Positions 33,464 to 44,280 of a stretch of DNA of 45,736 nucleotides are shown here, one piece after another. The DNA comes from a virus. Lineage: Duplodnaviria; Caudoviricetes. Where the stretch lies: positions 1 through 45,736 of the IMG/VR virus record IMGVR_UViG_3300012940_000041, one strand, 5' to 3'. Within the stretch, counting starts at the first letter, position 1. Every line of letters begins with the position of its first letter. Both the position numbers and the translations under genes were made by a program. The notes under the pieces were generated by a model. The model was not told where the DNA came from. It was given only the letters and a program-made list of their open reading frames with translations, and made no database searches.

Positions 33464-36247
33464 ATGGCCGATTTGAAAGCTCAACTCGAAATCTCTGCCG
33501 ACGCCACTGGCGTTGAGGCCGGGGTTTCGAAGGCCAAGCGCTCGCTGGCCGATCTCGGAGTTACCGCTGCGTCTGCTGGCAAGAAGGCTGCTGACGGCTT
33601 AGACAGTATCGGGAAGGGCGGTGACCAGTCGGCAGTGAAATTGGACGCTGCCACCCGCAACATGATCGGCAGTATTCAGCGCACTACTGCGGCAATGGAA
33701 GCCGGCGGGCGAACCAGCTCAAAGTATTACGAGGCGCTTGCCGCGCAACGTGGAATTGATGTCAATGCTCTGAAGCCATACCTGGATCAGCTGGATGCCG
33801 CAACCAAAAAAAATGTAGATCTAGGGCTCTCCGCCAAACAAACAACCGCTGCTCTGCGTCAAGTTCCAGCGCAGCTGACTGACATCGTGGTTAGTTTGCA
33901 GGGTGGGCAGGCGCCAATGACTGTACTGCTCCAACAGGGCGGTCAGTTGAAGGACGTGTTCGGCGGTATCGGTCCGGCTGCCCGGGCGCTGAGCAGCTAC
34001 GTCATCGGATTGATCGGCCCGTTCACGCTAGCAGCTGGTGGCGCGGCGGCGCTCGCTGCTGCCTACTACCAAGGCAGCAAAGAGGCGGATGCCTACAACC
34101 GCGCTCTGATCATAACCGGCAACGCCGCCGGCACGACCGCTGGTCAACTGGCGCAGATGGCGGAAAATCTGAGCGAATCTGTCGGTACCCAGGGGGCCGC
34201 GGCTGCCGCATTAACGGAACTCGCCGGCACTGGACGAATTGCGGCTGAGAACCTGGAAGAGTTTGCCAGAGTAGCCGCCCAGATGGAAAAGACGGTCGGG
34301 CAAAGTATTCAGGCAACGGCAAAAGACCTGTCAGAACTTGCAAAGGCTCCACTGGAAGCGTCGATCAAGCTCAACGAACAGTATCGTTATCTCACGAAGT
34401 CAGTCTACGACCAGATCAAGGCGCTTGAAGACCAAGGGCGAGTAGAAGAGGCTGCGGCGGTTGCACAGAAAGCGTACGCAGACGCATTTGATGAGCGGTC
34501 GCAGAAGATTCAAGAGGACTTGGGCTACATCGAACGTGGCTGGGCGGTGATTACCAACGAGGCGAAGCGCGCATGGGATGCCATGCTTGGACTTGGTCGC
34601 AAGGAGACGCTTTCTGATCTTTACGACCAACTGAACTTCGCCATCGCGAGCGGAGCTTCTGAAGCAGAGATTGCGGACTTCGAGAAGCGAATCGCGAAGC
34701 TGAAGGACGAGGAGGATCAGAGACGGAAAGTCGCGGAAGCGCAGTCTGCTCAAGTCAAACTGCAGCAGGCTCAAATTCAGTGGGATCAGGAGGGCGAAAA
34801 GCTTCTCGACAAAAAGGCCAAGAAGGAGAAAGAAATTGCGCAAGCGAGAGAGCTTGCCAGACAGGCGGGAATTACCGACCAAAGCATCATTGATGAGCGC
34901 ATTCGTCAGATCGAAGATAAGTACAAGGACAAAGGGGCGATCAGTGCTGGCCTCAAGATCGACAAGGCGACACTGACAGCCGACATCGAGTCAGTCCGCA
35001 ATGCGTTCAGCGCACTGAGTAGCACCTACGACAACGCTGAAAAAATCCTTGAGGCCCGCCGTTCTGCCGGCTTGGTGAGTGAGGCTGAATACTGGGAGGC
35101 CAAGCGCGAATTCATCCGCTTGAACGAGCAAGCCGAAGCCGAGGCTCTCCAAAAGCAGATCGAGCGGCTGAGCGCGGAAAAGGCGACCGGCGATCAGAAG
35201 ATCAAGAACGACGAAAAGATAGCCGAGTTGATGGCCGAGATGGGCGTCTTGCGGGCAAAGGCGTCGTCCGATATAGAGATCCTGTCAGCGAAAGAAGCGG
35301 CTGCGAACGAGCGCGTCAAGCGTTCATACGATGAAGCGCGTCAGGCAGCCGAGCAGTATGTCCAGTCCATCGAAAAGCGCTATGCACGCGAGTTGGAAGG
35401 AATCGGCCGAGGTACGCGATACCGCGACCGCCAGGCAGGCCGTAATCAGATCGATGACAAGTATGATCGCCAGCGTCAAGACTTGGCTGGTGAGCTTCGG
35501 CGCAATGAAATTACTCAGGAGCAGTACGACCAGCAGCTTGCCATCATCGACGAGTATCACGCCAAGGCTGCACAGAGTTACGAGGACTACTACGCGAGGA
35601 TCGAGGAAGCCCAGTCCAACTGGGTGAACGGCGCCACTGAGGCGATCCAGAACTATCTGGATCAGTCACGAAACGTTGCCAAGCTCACCGAGGACCTGTT
35701 CACCAGCTCTATTCGTGGAATGGAGGACGCGCTTGTCGATTTTGTTACGACAGGCAAGACGTCCTTTAGCGATTTGGCTACGTCGATCATTGCCAACATC
35801 GTCCGCATGCAAATTCGGGCGCAGATGTCCAGTATTTTCGGCGGCGTGCTTGGCGCGATTTTCCCTTCCGCTGCGCCTGCGGTGACCGGAGCTGCGACCA
35901 GTTTCGCCGGTCCGACCTACTCAGCCGCCGGCGGATTCGATATTCCTTCCGGCGTCAACCCGGCCGTACAACTCCACCAACGCGAGATGGTGTTGCCAGA
36001 GCAGTACGCGGATGTAATCCGGGGGCTTGCTGCGGGCGGCGGCGGGTCCGGCGGCAATGTCTCGATCCAGATCATCGGCGCGCCGAGTCGTCCATCTGTG
36101 CAGGAGACGACGGATAGCCGCGGCAACCGTGACATCAAGGTTGTATTCGGTGAAATGGCTGGAGCCGAAATGCGCCGGCCAGGGTCCGCAATGAATCAAT
36201 CGGCACGGGCCAGCTTCGGCCTACAGCCTGCACTAGTGAGGCGGTAA
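33464..36247 (+). CDS. Tail tape measure protein
   Basis: QLTDIVVSLQGGQ..LLQQGGQLKD lambda-H motif; long and helical. Confidence 0.95.
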   Translation: MADLKAQLEISADATGVEAGVSKAKRSLADLGVTAASAGKKAADGLDSIGKGGDQSAVKLDAATRNMIGSIQRTTAAMEAGGRTSSKYYEALAAQRGIDVNALKPYLDQLDAATKKNVDLGLSAKQTTAALRQVPAQLTDIVVSLQGGQAPMTVLLQQGGQLKDVFGGIGPAARALSSYVIGLIGPFTLAAGGAAALAAAYYQGSKEADAYNRALIITGNAAGTTAGQLAQMAENLSESVGTQGAAAAALTELAGTGRIAAENLEEFARVAAQMEKTVGQSIQATAKDLSELAKAPLEASIKLNEQYRYLTKSVYDQIKALEDQGRVEEAAAVAQKAYADAFDERSQKIQEDLGYIERGWAVITNEAKRAWDAMLGLGRKETLSDLYDQLNFAIASGASEAEIADFEKRIAKLKDEEDQRRKVAEAQSAQVKLQQAQIQWDQEGEKLLDKKAKKEKEIAQARELARQAGITDQSIIDERIRQIEDKYKDKGAISAGLKIDKATLTADIESVRNAFSALSSTYDNAEKILEARRSAGLVSEAEYWEAKREFIRLNEQAEAEALQKQIERLSAEKATGDQKIKNDEKIAELMAEMGVLRAKASSDIEILSAKEAAANERVKRSYDEARQAAEQYVQSIEKRYARELEGIGRGTRYRDRQAGRNQIDDKYDRQRQDLAGELRRNEITQEQYDQQLAIIDEYHAKAAQSYEDYYARIEEAQSNWVNGATEAIQNYLDQSRNVAKLTEDLFTSSIRGMEDALVDFVTTGKTSFSDLATSIIANIVRMQIRAQMSSIFGGVLGAIFPSAAPAVTGAATSFAGPTYSAAGGFDIPSGVNPAVQLHQREMVLPEQYADVIRGLAAGGGGSGGNVSIQIIGAPSRPSVQETTDSRGNRDIKVVFGEMAGAEMRRPGSAMNQSARASFGLQPALVRR

Positions 36248-36612
36248 TGGCGTACTCGATCGTGTGGCCCCCGGCACTGCCGCAAGTGCCGGTGACGCCA
36301 TATAGCGAAAGCGGCGGGGTCAGGATGCTGAGCACGCCGATGGACAAAGGGCCGGCCAAGACGCGCCTTCTGGGCGCAAAGCCGGATGTCATTCCGTTGG
36401 AGTTCCTGATGACCGGCGGACAGCTCGACGCCTTCATTACGTTCGTCAAAGAGACAACGCGAGGCGTGCTGCGGTTCGGCTTCCCACACCCGCGCACCAA
36501 GGAAATAGCGGAAGTGCGATTTCTGCCGACCGGCGACGGTGACGTGTATTCGGTCGACAATGCCGGTCCGAGGCTATGGCGTGTGCGGTTCCAGGTGGAG
36601 GTGCTCCCATGA
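36247..36612 (+). CDS. Distal tail protein (gpM-like)
   Basis: WPPALP...MDKGPAK.R, directly after the tape measure gene. Confidence 0.75.
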   Translation: MAYSIVWPPALPQVPVTPYSESGGVRMLSTPMDKGPAKTRLLGAKPDVIPLEFLMTGGQLDAFITFVKETTRGVLRFGFPHPRTKEIAEVRFLPTGDGDVYSVDNAGPRLWRVRFQVEVLP

Positions 36613-37124
36613 GCCGTCTGTCGACAATGAGCCCGGCGGCTCTGCGCGCGCTGTTCTCCCCGAATGCGGACGACACGCTGGTGACCCTGTTGACAGTGAC
36701 CGGGGCGGGGTTGGCAGAGCCGATCCGCCTTGCCGACAACTTCGACCAGCGCCTGTCCGAGACCGACGAGGACGTACTGTACGGCATTGTCAGCCGCGGT
36801 GAGCAGTACATGTTCCTGCCGATGGAGGTTGTCCTGCCGTCCGACGAGGAAGCCGCCGCACCGCGCGCATCGATCGTGCTGCACGACGTCACACGCATCC
36901 TGATTCCGACTATTCGCACGCTGACCGAAGCACTTGAGGTCACGATCGAACTGGTGCTGAAATCCACGCCCGACGTGGTCGAAGCCAGCTTCCCGGGCTT
37001 CTTCATGAGCCATGTGCCGTACAACGCCGACGCCATCACCGTGCAGCTCGATGTCGAGAGCCTGGCCGCTGAGCCGTTCCCGTGTCACACCATGACGCCT
37101 TCCTACTTTCCGGGGTTGTTCTGA
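36609..37124 (+). CDS. Minor tail protein (DUF1833/gpL-like)
   Basis: EPIRLA...LP.D, FP....P..FPGLF end. Confidence 0.8.
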   Translation: MSRLSTMSPAALRALFSPNADDTLVTLLTVTGAGLAEPIRLADNFDQRLSETDEDVLYGIVSRGEQYMFLPMEVVLPSDEEAAAPRASIVLHDVTRILIPTIRTLTEALEVTIELVLKSTPDVVEASFPGFFMSHVPYNADAITVQLDVESLAAEPFPCHTMTPSYFPGLF

Positions 37125-40100
37125 TGACCTGGTGGAACGACTACGTCGGCATCCCCTACGCCTCGCGCGGCCGCGACCGCGCCGGCATCGACTGCTGGGG
37201 CCTCGCGCGCCTGGTCTATCGCGAGCAGTTCGACCGCGATCTGCCGAGCTTCGACGGCGAGTATGTCGACGAGCACGACCGGGAGGCCAATGCGGAGCTG
37301 ATCGCCCGCCGCGTCGAGGGCTGGCAGCGGCTGGACGGCACGCCTGAACCGGGCGATCTGGTGCTGTTCTGGATCGCAGACCCGGAGACGAAAAAACGTC
37401 ATCTTTCCCACATCGGCATCGCCGCCGCCCCGGGCCACTTCCTGCACGCCAGGCAAGGCACCGACTCGACGATTGAGCGCCTGGACGCCGGTGTTTGGAA
37501 GCACCGTGTCGAGGGCTTCTACCGCTACACGCCGACGGCATCTGGGCAGACCTTCGCGCTATCGGCCATGCCGCACCCGCTGCGCACGCAGCAACTGCAC
37601 GCCGAGATCCCGGCAGGCCTGACGCTGGCGGGCGTGCGCGACTGGATGCGCGAGCACGGCCACGTGCCCGAGCACATTCCGCACCGCCCGGTGATGATGC
37701 TCGATGGCCGCGTGATTCCGGCCGAGTTGCTGGACAAAACGGTGGTGCTGCCGGGGCAGCGAGTCGAATACCGAGCGGTCCCACTCAATGGCCGTGCGGT
37801 TCTTAGCCTTGTCACGATGGCTGTCGCGTGGTGGGCTGCGCCGATGGTTGTCGGAGCGCTCGGTGGCGCTGCAGCGACTGCGACGAGCGCGGCGGTCGGA
37901 GTCGGAGGCCTGTCATACAGCGCCAGCATTGGCGTTGCGGCGATGAGCATCAGCATGGTTGGCGGCCTGCTGGCAAATGCCATCTTCCCAGTGCGCCCGC
38001 CGAAGCAGAACAACCCGGGCACCGCGGAAAGCATGAACTTCCTGCAGGGCGGCCAGAACCAGGCGCGGCCGTACGGAGCCATTCCGGTCGTGCTCGGGCG
38101 CTTCCGCTTCACGCCGCCGGCGGCCGCGATTCCCTACACCGAGGCGAACGCCACTACCAGCTACCTGCGCCTGGTCCTGCTCTGGGGCTACGGCCCGCTG
38201 CAAATCTCCGACTTGCGCGTCGGCGCCACGCCGCTGGAGTCGCTGGAAGAAGTCGAGTACGAGACGCTGACCGGCTGGGACGACACCACGGAAGACGTGG
38301 CGAATTTCAACCGCCTGTACGGCACGGACGTCTCGCAAGAGGTCGTCAATATCAAGCTGGAGAGCGACGGCACCGATGCCGGCTCCCCATGGACCAGCCG
38401 CGTGATCGGCGACGAATGCGACCGCATCACGGTCACGCTGCACTTCCCCGAAGGCCTGCGGCAAATGCCGATCGAGGGCGGCAATGCCGGGAAGATCTAC
38501 GAAGCGGCATTCGTCGGCCAAGTGCAGGTGCGCCAGCTCGATGCGGACACGCTGGAGCCCTTGACCGGCTGGGGCGAGATCAACGCCGTTTTCCGCGGGC
38601 AGACGATCAATCTGCAGCCGGCATGGTTCAACGTCGACAACGATGCCGAATTGGAGCCCGTCTACCGCTGGACGCGTATCAGCCTGGACGAATACAACAA
38701 CCTGATCGTTCGCAACGGCGCATTCACGGCCAATCCGTCGAGCGAGCCGAGCGGCATGCTGCTGCAGCGCCAGCAGGAAGCAGCGTTCGGCGTGGGGATG
38801 ATCTACAACCGCCTGCCCGACTACGGCCCGAGCGAAGAGCCGTTGTGGGACATCTGCATGTACGGGAACACGGTCTATCAGACCGTGGACCGTCGCGGAT
38901 CGGGCACGGCCGGCGTCACCGGCTGCGATCTGTCGATCAGCGGCTACAGGGCCACCATTGCATCCGGCACGCTTGCGCGCGCGCAAGTCGAGGCCGTCAA
39001 CTACGGCAAATCGGGACAGCCCTACCACAAGCGCAAGGACGCATTCAGCACAAACATCAGTTTCTCGGTGCCGCGCGGTGTGTACGAAGTGCGCGCGCGC
39101 CGGCGGAACACGTCGGAGAAAGAGTTCACGACCGGGAACGGCAACAAGGTCATGCGCTACCACGACGCCTACCTGTACGCGATCACCGGCTACGAAAACC
39201 GGCGCCCGGTCGTCAATCCGCCAAGTGTGAAGCTGGCGATGACCGCGATCCGGATCAAGGCCACGAACCAGTTGAACGGGAGCCTGGACGGCATCACCGG
39301 CACCGTGCAGGTTATTTGCAAGGACTGGGATCACGTAACGCAGACGTGGATCACGCGCCCGACCCGCAACCCCGCGAGCCTCATCCGCCACGTCCTGCAG
39401 CACCCCGGCAACGCCCGGCGCTGCCCGGACAGCGCGATCAACCTGACGGAACTCGCCGACTTCCACGACTACTGCCGCGAAAACGGCTTCATGTACGACG
39501 GTGTGATGGCCGAGCAGCAAAGCGTCGACGACGTCCTGCGCGACATCGCCGCCGCCGGCCGCGCCTCCCCGACGCGCCGCGACGGCAAGTGGACGGTCAT
39601 CATCGACCGCCCGCGCACCGTCGTCGCCCAACACTTCACCCCGCACAACAGCTGGGGATTCGAGGGCGTCAAGACCTTGCCGCGCATGCCGCACGCCTTC
39701 CGCGTGCAGTTCAAGAACGCGGAGAAGGGCTACCAGGACGACGAGATGATCGTCTACAACGACGGCTACTCATCGGCCAATGCGACACTGTTCGAAGGCC
39801 TGCAGCTGCCCGGCGTGACGACGAAGGAAGCGGTCTTCAAACACGCACGCTTCCACCTCGCGCAGATCAAGCTGCGGCCGGAAACGTACACGCTGAACGC
39901 CGACATCGAGCACATCATCTGCACGCGCGGCGATTTGGTGCGCGTGACCCATTTCGTCCCGATGTGGGGTATCGGCACTGGCCGCATCAAGGAGCGCGCA
40001 AGCGAAACGGTGCTCCAGCTCGACGAGCAGGTGCCGATGGACGCCGGCCAGCAGTACACGATCCGCATCAGACTCGAAGATGGCAGCAGCATTACGCGCA

Positions 40101-41428
40101 CGGTCGAGGCGGTGGCGGAGGACGGCTATTACGGAGAGATCACGCTGACCAGCGGCGTTACAGCCGACGAGGGAAAGCCCGGCAACCTGTTCATGTTCGG
40201 CGCGCTGGAGGCGGAATCGGTCGAGTTGATCGTCCAGAACATAGAGCCAGCCGCGAACATGAATGCGCGTCTGACGCTGGTCGACTACTCGCCAGCGATC
40301 TACGACAGCGACAGCGAACCGATCCCGGACTTCGACAGCCAGATCACGCGCCCTCCTGTTTTGCTGATCCCGACGATCACCGAGACTCCAGTTCTCGGAA
40401 CTCCGGTCAGCGACGAAAGCGTAATGGTGGTACTTGCGCCCGGTCGGTATCAGTACCGAATCAAGCTGCCATTCTCGAACCTGGCCACGTTGCCGACCGA
40501 TGTCACGCACATCGAGGGGCAGATTGCATTTGCTGGCGCTACTGATTGGGAAACGGTCTCGCGTGTGCCGCTCGCGCACGGCGCAGTGTTCTTTGCCGAC
40601 GTGCAGGAGGGTGACGAGCATCAGCTTCGCCTCCGGTACGTCGACGGGCGCGGGCGGACTGGCCCTTGGACTGAACCTGTTACCCATACGGTAGTAGGCA
40701 AGACCGCGCCGCCACCATTCGTCGACCGCTTCAAGCTGATCGAGCAGCCGGGCGGAATCAAGCAGTTTTTCTGGCAGATGGAGAATCCGCCTGCCGATCT
40801 GTTCGCCTACGAAGTGCGCTACAGCCTTGGCACGACTCTCCGCGAATGGGACAGGATGATCCCGCTTTTCGCAAAGGATCACCGAGCGCAACAGCATGAA
40901 AACGTCGAGCCGGCTGCAGATGGCGTCTACACCTTTGCGATCCGAGCGTTCGACGACGGGGGCAGGGGATCAGAACAGCCGCACTACATCACCGAAGTTC
41001 TCGACGGGGATCAGTTCGGTGCGGTTCTCAAGATCGTCCTCCCGCACGAGGACGACTGGCCCGGCGCAAAGACCGACTGTTACGTGTCAGGCACTTCGCT
41101 AATCGACTCTGGCGTTCTGACTTGGGATGCCCTTGATGTGACATGGGATGAGACAGAGGAAACGTGGAATAACACCCCGGCCTCGCCAATCATCTACGAG
41201 CATCCTGCGGTCGATCTCGGCGCGTCACTGGAGGTGACGATCCGAGCGAACTCCCTCGCAGCTGGTACGACGCTTATCGAAATAAGCACAAGTGATGATG
41301 ACCTGGCCTATTCGGAATGGGCCGAAGTCCCGAATTCATCCGTCACTGCTCGCTACTTCAAATTCCGCTGGACCGTTTCAGGAACCAGCCCACTTCTGTA
41401 TCGCGCTCAAGCGATTTTCTACACGTAG
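37124..41428 (+). CDS. Fused tail tip protein: NlpC/P60 (K-like) + I-like + TipJ
   Basis: YVGIPY..GRD..GIDCWGL, HIGI, FLHA; then NQARPYGAIPVVLG, TRNPA, GDLVRV and FN3-like repeats. Confidence 0.88.
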   Translation: MTWWNDYVGIPYASRGRDRAGIDCWGLARLVYREQFDRDLPSFDGEYVDEHDREANAELIARRVEGWQRLDGTPEPGDLVLFWIADPETKKRHLSHIGIAAAPGHFLHARQGTDSTIERLDAGVWKHRVEGFYRYTPTASGQTFALSAMPHPLRTQQLHAEIPAGLTLAGVRDWMREHGHVPEHIPHRPVMMLDGRVIPAELLDKTVVLPGQRVEYRAVPLNGRAVLSLVTMAVAWWAAPMVVGALGGAAATATSAAVGVGGLSYSASIGVAAMSISMVGGLLANAIFPVRPPKQNNPGTAESMNFLQGGQNQARPYGAIPVVLGRFRFTPPAAAIPYTEANATTSYLRLVLLWGYGPLQISDLRVGATPLESLEEVEYETLTGWDDTTEDVANFNRLYGTDVSQEVVNIKLESDGTDAGSPWTSRVIGDECDRITVTLHFPEGLRQMPIEGGNAGKIYEAAFVGQVQVRQLDADTLEPLTGWGEINAVFRGQTINLQPAWFNVDNDAELEPVYRWTRISLDEYNNLIVRNGAFTANPSSEPSGMLLQRQQEAAFGVGMIYNRLPDYGPSEEPLWDICMYGNTVYQTVDRRGSGTAGVTGCDLSISGYRATIASGTLARAQVEAVNYGKSGQPYHKRKDAFSTNISFSVPRGVYEVRARRRNTSEKEFTTGNGNKVMRYHDAYLYAITGYENRRPVVNPPSVKLAMTAIRIKATNQLNGSLDGITGTVQVICKDWDHVTQTWITRPTRNPASLIRHVLQHPGNARRCPDSAINLTELADFHDYCRENGFMYDGVMAEQQSVDDVLRDIAAAGRASPTRRDGKWTVIIDRPRTVVAQHFTPHNSWGFEGVKTLPRMPHAFRVQFKNAEKGYQDDEMIVYNDGYSSANATLFEGLQLPGVTTKEAVFKHARFHLAQIKLRPETYTLNADIEHIICTRGDLVRVTHFVPMWGIGTGRIKERASETVLQLDEQVPMDAGQQYTIRIRLEDGSSITRTVEAVAEDGYYGEITLTSGVTADEGKPGNLFMFGALEAESVELIVQNIEPAANMNARLTLVDYSPAIYDSDSEPIPDFDSQITRPPVLLIPTITETPVLGTPVSDESVMVVLAPGRYQYRIKLPFSNLATLPTDVTHIEGQIAFAGATDWETVSRVPLAHGAVFFADVQEGDEHQLRLRYVDGRGRTGPWTEPVTHTVVGKTAPPPFVDRFKLIEQPGGIKQFFWQMENPPADLFAYEVRYSLGTTLREWDRMIPLFAKDHRAQQHENVEPAADGVYTFAIRAFDDGGRGSEQPHYITEVLDGDQFGAVLKIVLPHEDDWPGAKTDCYVSGTSLIDSGVLTWDALDVTWDETEETWNNTPASPIIYEHPAVDLGASLEVTIRANSLAAGTTLIEISTSDDDLAYSEWAEVPNSSVTARYFKFRWTVSGTSPLLYRAQAIFYT

Positions 41429-41435
41429 GTAAATC

Positions 41436-43373
41436 ATGACGATTGATACTACTAACCTTGACTCTGGCGAGGACAAGGTAAAGCTGGCTCGCGCCGCTAT
41501 TCTGGCGATGGCTGAGTGGATGAACGAAGGCGTGAGTGACGAGAAGGTCGCGCCATCGAGCAAGCTCTACAACCGCATTCATGATGTGGTGAGCGTTAGG
41601 GACTTCGGCGCTGTCGGTGATGGTGAAACCGACGACACCGAAGCAATCCAGACTGCGATTACAGCAGCAGCCAGCATGTCGCAAGGCGAGCGGCGTGCGG
41701 TATGGTTCCCTAAGGGGCTATACAAGGTTACGGGTGGATTGAGCATTCCAGACACGACCAGCCACCTCACGCTTTACGGCGAATCTTCGGAAGGGATCGG
41801 AGCATCCGCCATCTACTTTTACCACCCGGGCGATGCGTCCGTCACGGTTCTGATCGACGCCCCAATCCAGAACTTCACGATGCTGGACCTCGCTGTGCGG
41901 CAGATGAGCGAGTCTGACTACACCGCACTCGACCCCGTTACTGCGGTGCGTACCAAGAGGCCAACGACCGCCACTGCTGACACGGACACCATCATCGAGC
42001 GGTGCTGCTTCAAGCAATTCTCGAAAGGCATCGAGAATTGGGGCCGCGGACTTAAGGCAAGTTACAACGTATTCGATCAGTGTGGGGAATGCATCGAACT
42101 GGAATGGCCCGACGTCGGCGACTACGCTGCATCAGCACCTGCAATATCGCAAGACACGACGGGCTTCCGCGCGTTCCGTATCCAGAACAACCGTTTCCAC
42201 TCCATCGGCACGATTGCGGTCAAGAACTCGGGCGCGAACGCATCCAAGATTCACGCTATCGACATCAGCGGGAACATGCTCGACATTGGGCGGCGCTTGT
42301 TCGAGGGCGTATTGGTTGACGGCCAGATAGTCAACAACCAGTCGATCATGACCCCGACGAAAGTCATCGTTCTGCAAGATGGCTCGAAGAATTATGTGGT
42401 CAGTGGCCTCGTCATGGCCGGGAACACCGATGCCAGCCGCATCCCCGATTACTTCATTGAATTTACCGGCACGCACACCAACGGGCAAATCAGCAATGTC
42501 ACGATGGACAATTGCTCCATCGACGCGATCCGCGCGAGCACCGGGAGCGTACTGAATGGCGTGACGTTCAACGGCATCAGTTGCGGCACGGTAGGCAGTT
42601 CGTCGAACAACGTTATCCGGTTGGTCGGGAACAGCCATAAGGTCGCCATCAACGGGCTGACCTACTACGGCCCGCTGCTGACAGAGGCTGTGCGCGTCGA
42701 CTCTGGCTCCGTGGTGTCGGTATCGGGTTACGCCTCGTTGAATAGCGCGACGCCGCTTTCCGTTTCCGGTGCATACACGACGAAGGATGTCGTGATTAAC
42801 GGCTCGAATGTGTTTCAGAAGTTCGTTTCGCAAAGCGGGACAGAACTGGGATCGCTGACTTACGAAAACGCCGGCACGAATGGGATCACACTGGTTTCCT
42901 CTGACGGGTCGATCAATTTCAAGCCGTCAAACAATTCGGTGCGACCTTTCGATGACAACTTAACGTCGCTCGGGATGGGGTCGCGTCGTTATTCCGTGGT
43001 TTACGCAGGGACCGGCACGATTAACACCTCAGACGCGGAAGACAAGGAAGAAATCAGGGAAGTCGACGAAGCGGTGACCCGTGCCGTGCGCAAAATCAGT
43101 TTCAAGCAGTTCAAGTTCAAAGACGCCGTTGCTAGAAAGGGAGCGGCCGCGCGTACGCATGCCGGTGTGATTGCGCAGGAGGTCAAAGCTGCATTCGAGT
43201 CGGAAGGATTGGACCCGTTCGCCTGGGGAGTGCTCTGCTACGACGAGTGGCCGGAAGAACCGGAAGTGCGCGACCCGGAAACCGGCGAAGTGGTGCAGGA
43301 ATACCGTCCAGCAGGGTCGCGCTATGGAGTCCGATACGACCAGTTGCTTTGCTTGAAGCTGGCATCGATGTAG
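41436..43373 (+). CDS. Tailspike: pectate-lyase-like beta-helix + C-terminal S74 intramolecular chaperone
   Basis: VSVRDFGAVGDGETDDT; INTSD...K...HAGVIAQEV...RYGVRYDQL. Confidence 0.9.
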   Translation: MTIDTTNLDSGEDKVKLARAAILAMAEWMNEGVSDEKVAPSSKLYNRIHDVVSVRDFGAVGDGETDDTEAIQTAITAAASMSQGERRAVWFPKGLYKVTGGLSIPDTTSHLTLYGESSEGIGASAIYFYHPGDASVTVLIDAPIQNFTMLDLAVRQMSESDYTALDPVTAVRTKRPTTATADTDTIIERCCFKQFSKGIENWGRGLKASYNVFDQCGECIELEWPDVGDYAASAPAISQDTTGFRAFRIQNNRFHSIGTIAVKNSGANASKIHAIDISGNMLDIGRRLFEGVLVDGQIVNNQSIMTPTKVIVLQDGSKNYVVSGLVMAGNTDASRIPDYFIEFTGTHTNGQISNVTMDNCSIDAIRASTGSVLNGVTFNGISCGTVGSSSNNVIRLVGNSHKVAINGLTYYGPLLTEAVRVDSGSVVSVSGYASLNSATPLSVSGAYTTKDVVINGSNVFQKFVSQSGTELGSLTYENAGTNGITLVSSDGSINFKPSNNSVRPFDDNLTSLGMGSRRYSVVYAGTGTINTSDAEDKEEIREVDEAVTRAVRKISFKQFKFKDAVARKGAAARTHAGVIAQEVKAAFESEGLDPFAWGVLCYDEWPEEPEVRDPETGEVVQEYRPAGSRYGVRYDQLLCLKLASM

Positions 43374-43391
43374 CGTGGCCCAGAAGCTAGC

Positions 43392-43420
43392 TTGCGCGCT
43401 AGATTTCAATCATGTATGGT
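43392..43420 (+). promoter_or_regulatory. Putative moron promoter
   Basis: TTGCGC-17-TATGGT. Confidence 0.5.
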
Positions 43421-43448
43421 GCCGCGATTCCAGCCAGGATCGTAGCCT

Positions 43449-44204
43449 ATGAGCACTCTTGCCATACTGTCACAATATCATGATGAAAATGGCAACACCA
43501 TCGATTATGCGGGAAGCGTTGAAAAGGGCGTCCGCATAGTGTTCGTCGGGTCCAATAACCGACTCGTTGTGAACGATGGCGCCAAGATCACGGATCTTTC
43601 GATTCGCTTCGATTGTGACAATGCTCACATTGAGATCGGAGCATGCAGCATAAAGGGGTCCATGCTCATCGGCCAGGATTGCCGCATCCTCGTCGAAGAT
43701 GGCGTCACCTCATCAGGCAAGGTGTTTATCACAGCAGCCGAGGGAACTGAGGTGACTATCGGTGAGGACTGCATGTTCTCATCTGATATTACCGTTCGGA
43801 CGCATGACTCTCATCCGATATTTGATGTCGCAACAGGTATGAGATCAAATGTGGCGAAGTCGATTAGCATCGGGCGGCATGTATGGGTTGGGGCGGATGT
43901 CGCTATTCTGGGCGGCTCCAGTATTGGCGATGGAAGCGTTATCGGGATGCGAAGCGTAGTGAAAGGGAAGTTCCCGAACAATGTTGTAGTCGTGGGGATG
44001 CCAGCAAAAACGGTGAAGCGCAATATTGCCTGGGAGCGACCACATTTGACCGGCAAGCCGCCGTTCTACAAGCGAGACGCATCGACCGTCAAAAAATCCG
44101 CATACTGGGATATGACCAGGGAAGAGCCGGTGGTAGAAAAAAAATGGAGTTTGCTCAAGATTGTGAAAAACGCATTAGGCAAACTCCGGCTCCGGCCAGC
44201 ATAG
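43449..44204 (+). CDS. Hexapeptide-repeat (LbH) O-acetyltransferase
   Basis: IGEDCMFS..RTHDSH, IGRHVWVG, IGDGSVIG, GMPAK. Confidence 0.9.
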   Translation: MSTLAILSQYHDENGNTIDYAGSVEKGVRIVFVGSNNRLVVNDGAKITDLSIRFDCDNAHIEIGACSIKGSMLIGQDCRILVEDGVTSSGKVFITAAEGTEVTIGEDCMFSSDITVRTHDSHPIFDVATGMRSNVAKSISIGRHVWVGADVAILGGSSIGDGSVIGMRSVVKGKFPNNVVVVGMPAKTVKRNIAWERPHLTGKPPFYKRDASTVKKSAYWDMTREEPVVEKKWSLLKIVKNALGKLRLRPA

Positions 44205-44217
44205 GAATCCATGACTG

Positions 44218-44238
44218 ACCCGCTTCGGCGGGTTTTTT
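44218..44238 (+). terminator. Rho-independent terminator
   Basis: ACCCGC-TTCG-GCGGGT-TTTTT. Confidence 0.8.
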
Positions 44239-44280
44239 ATTGCCCGCCCGAGCGGGTTTTTTTTCGTCTACTGAAAGGCC

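Noticed and set aside
37828-40545. 905-aa alternative-frame ORF and other long shadow ORFs (26846-28900, 36135-37784, 37913-39694)
   Set aside because: Arg/Pro/Ala-rich by-products of high-GC codon bias overlapping well-supported genes
41436-44204. Diversity-generating retroelement or invertible tail-fibre cassette
   Set aside because: No reverse transcriptase, invertase or template/variable repeats seen
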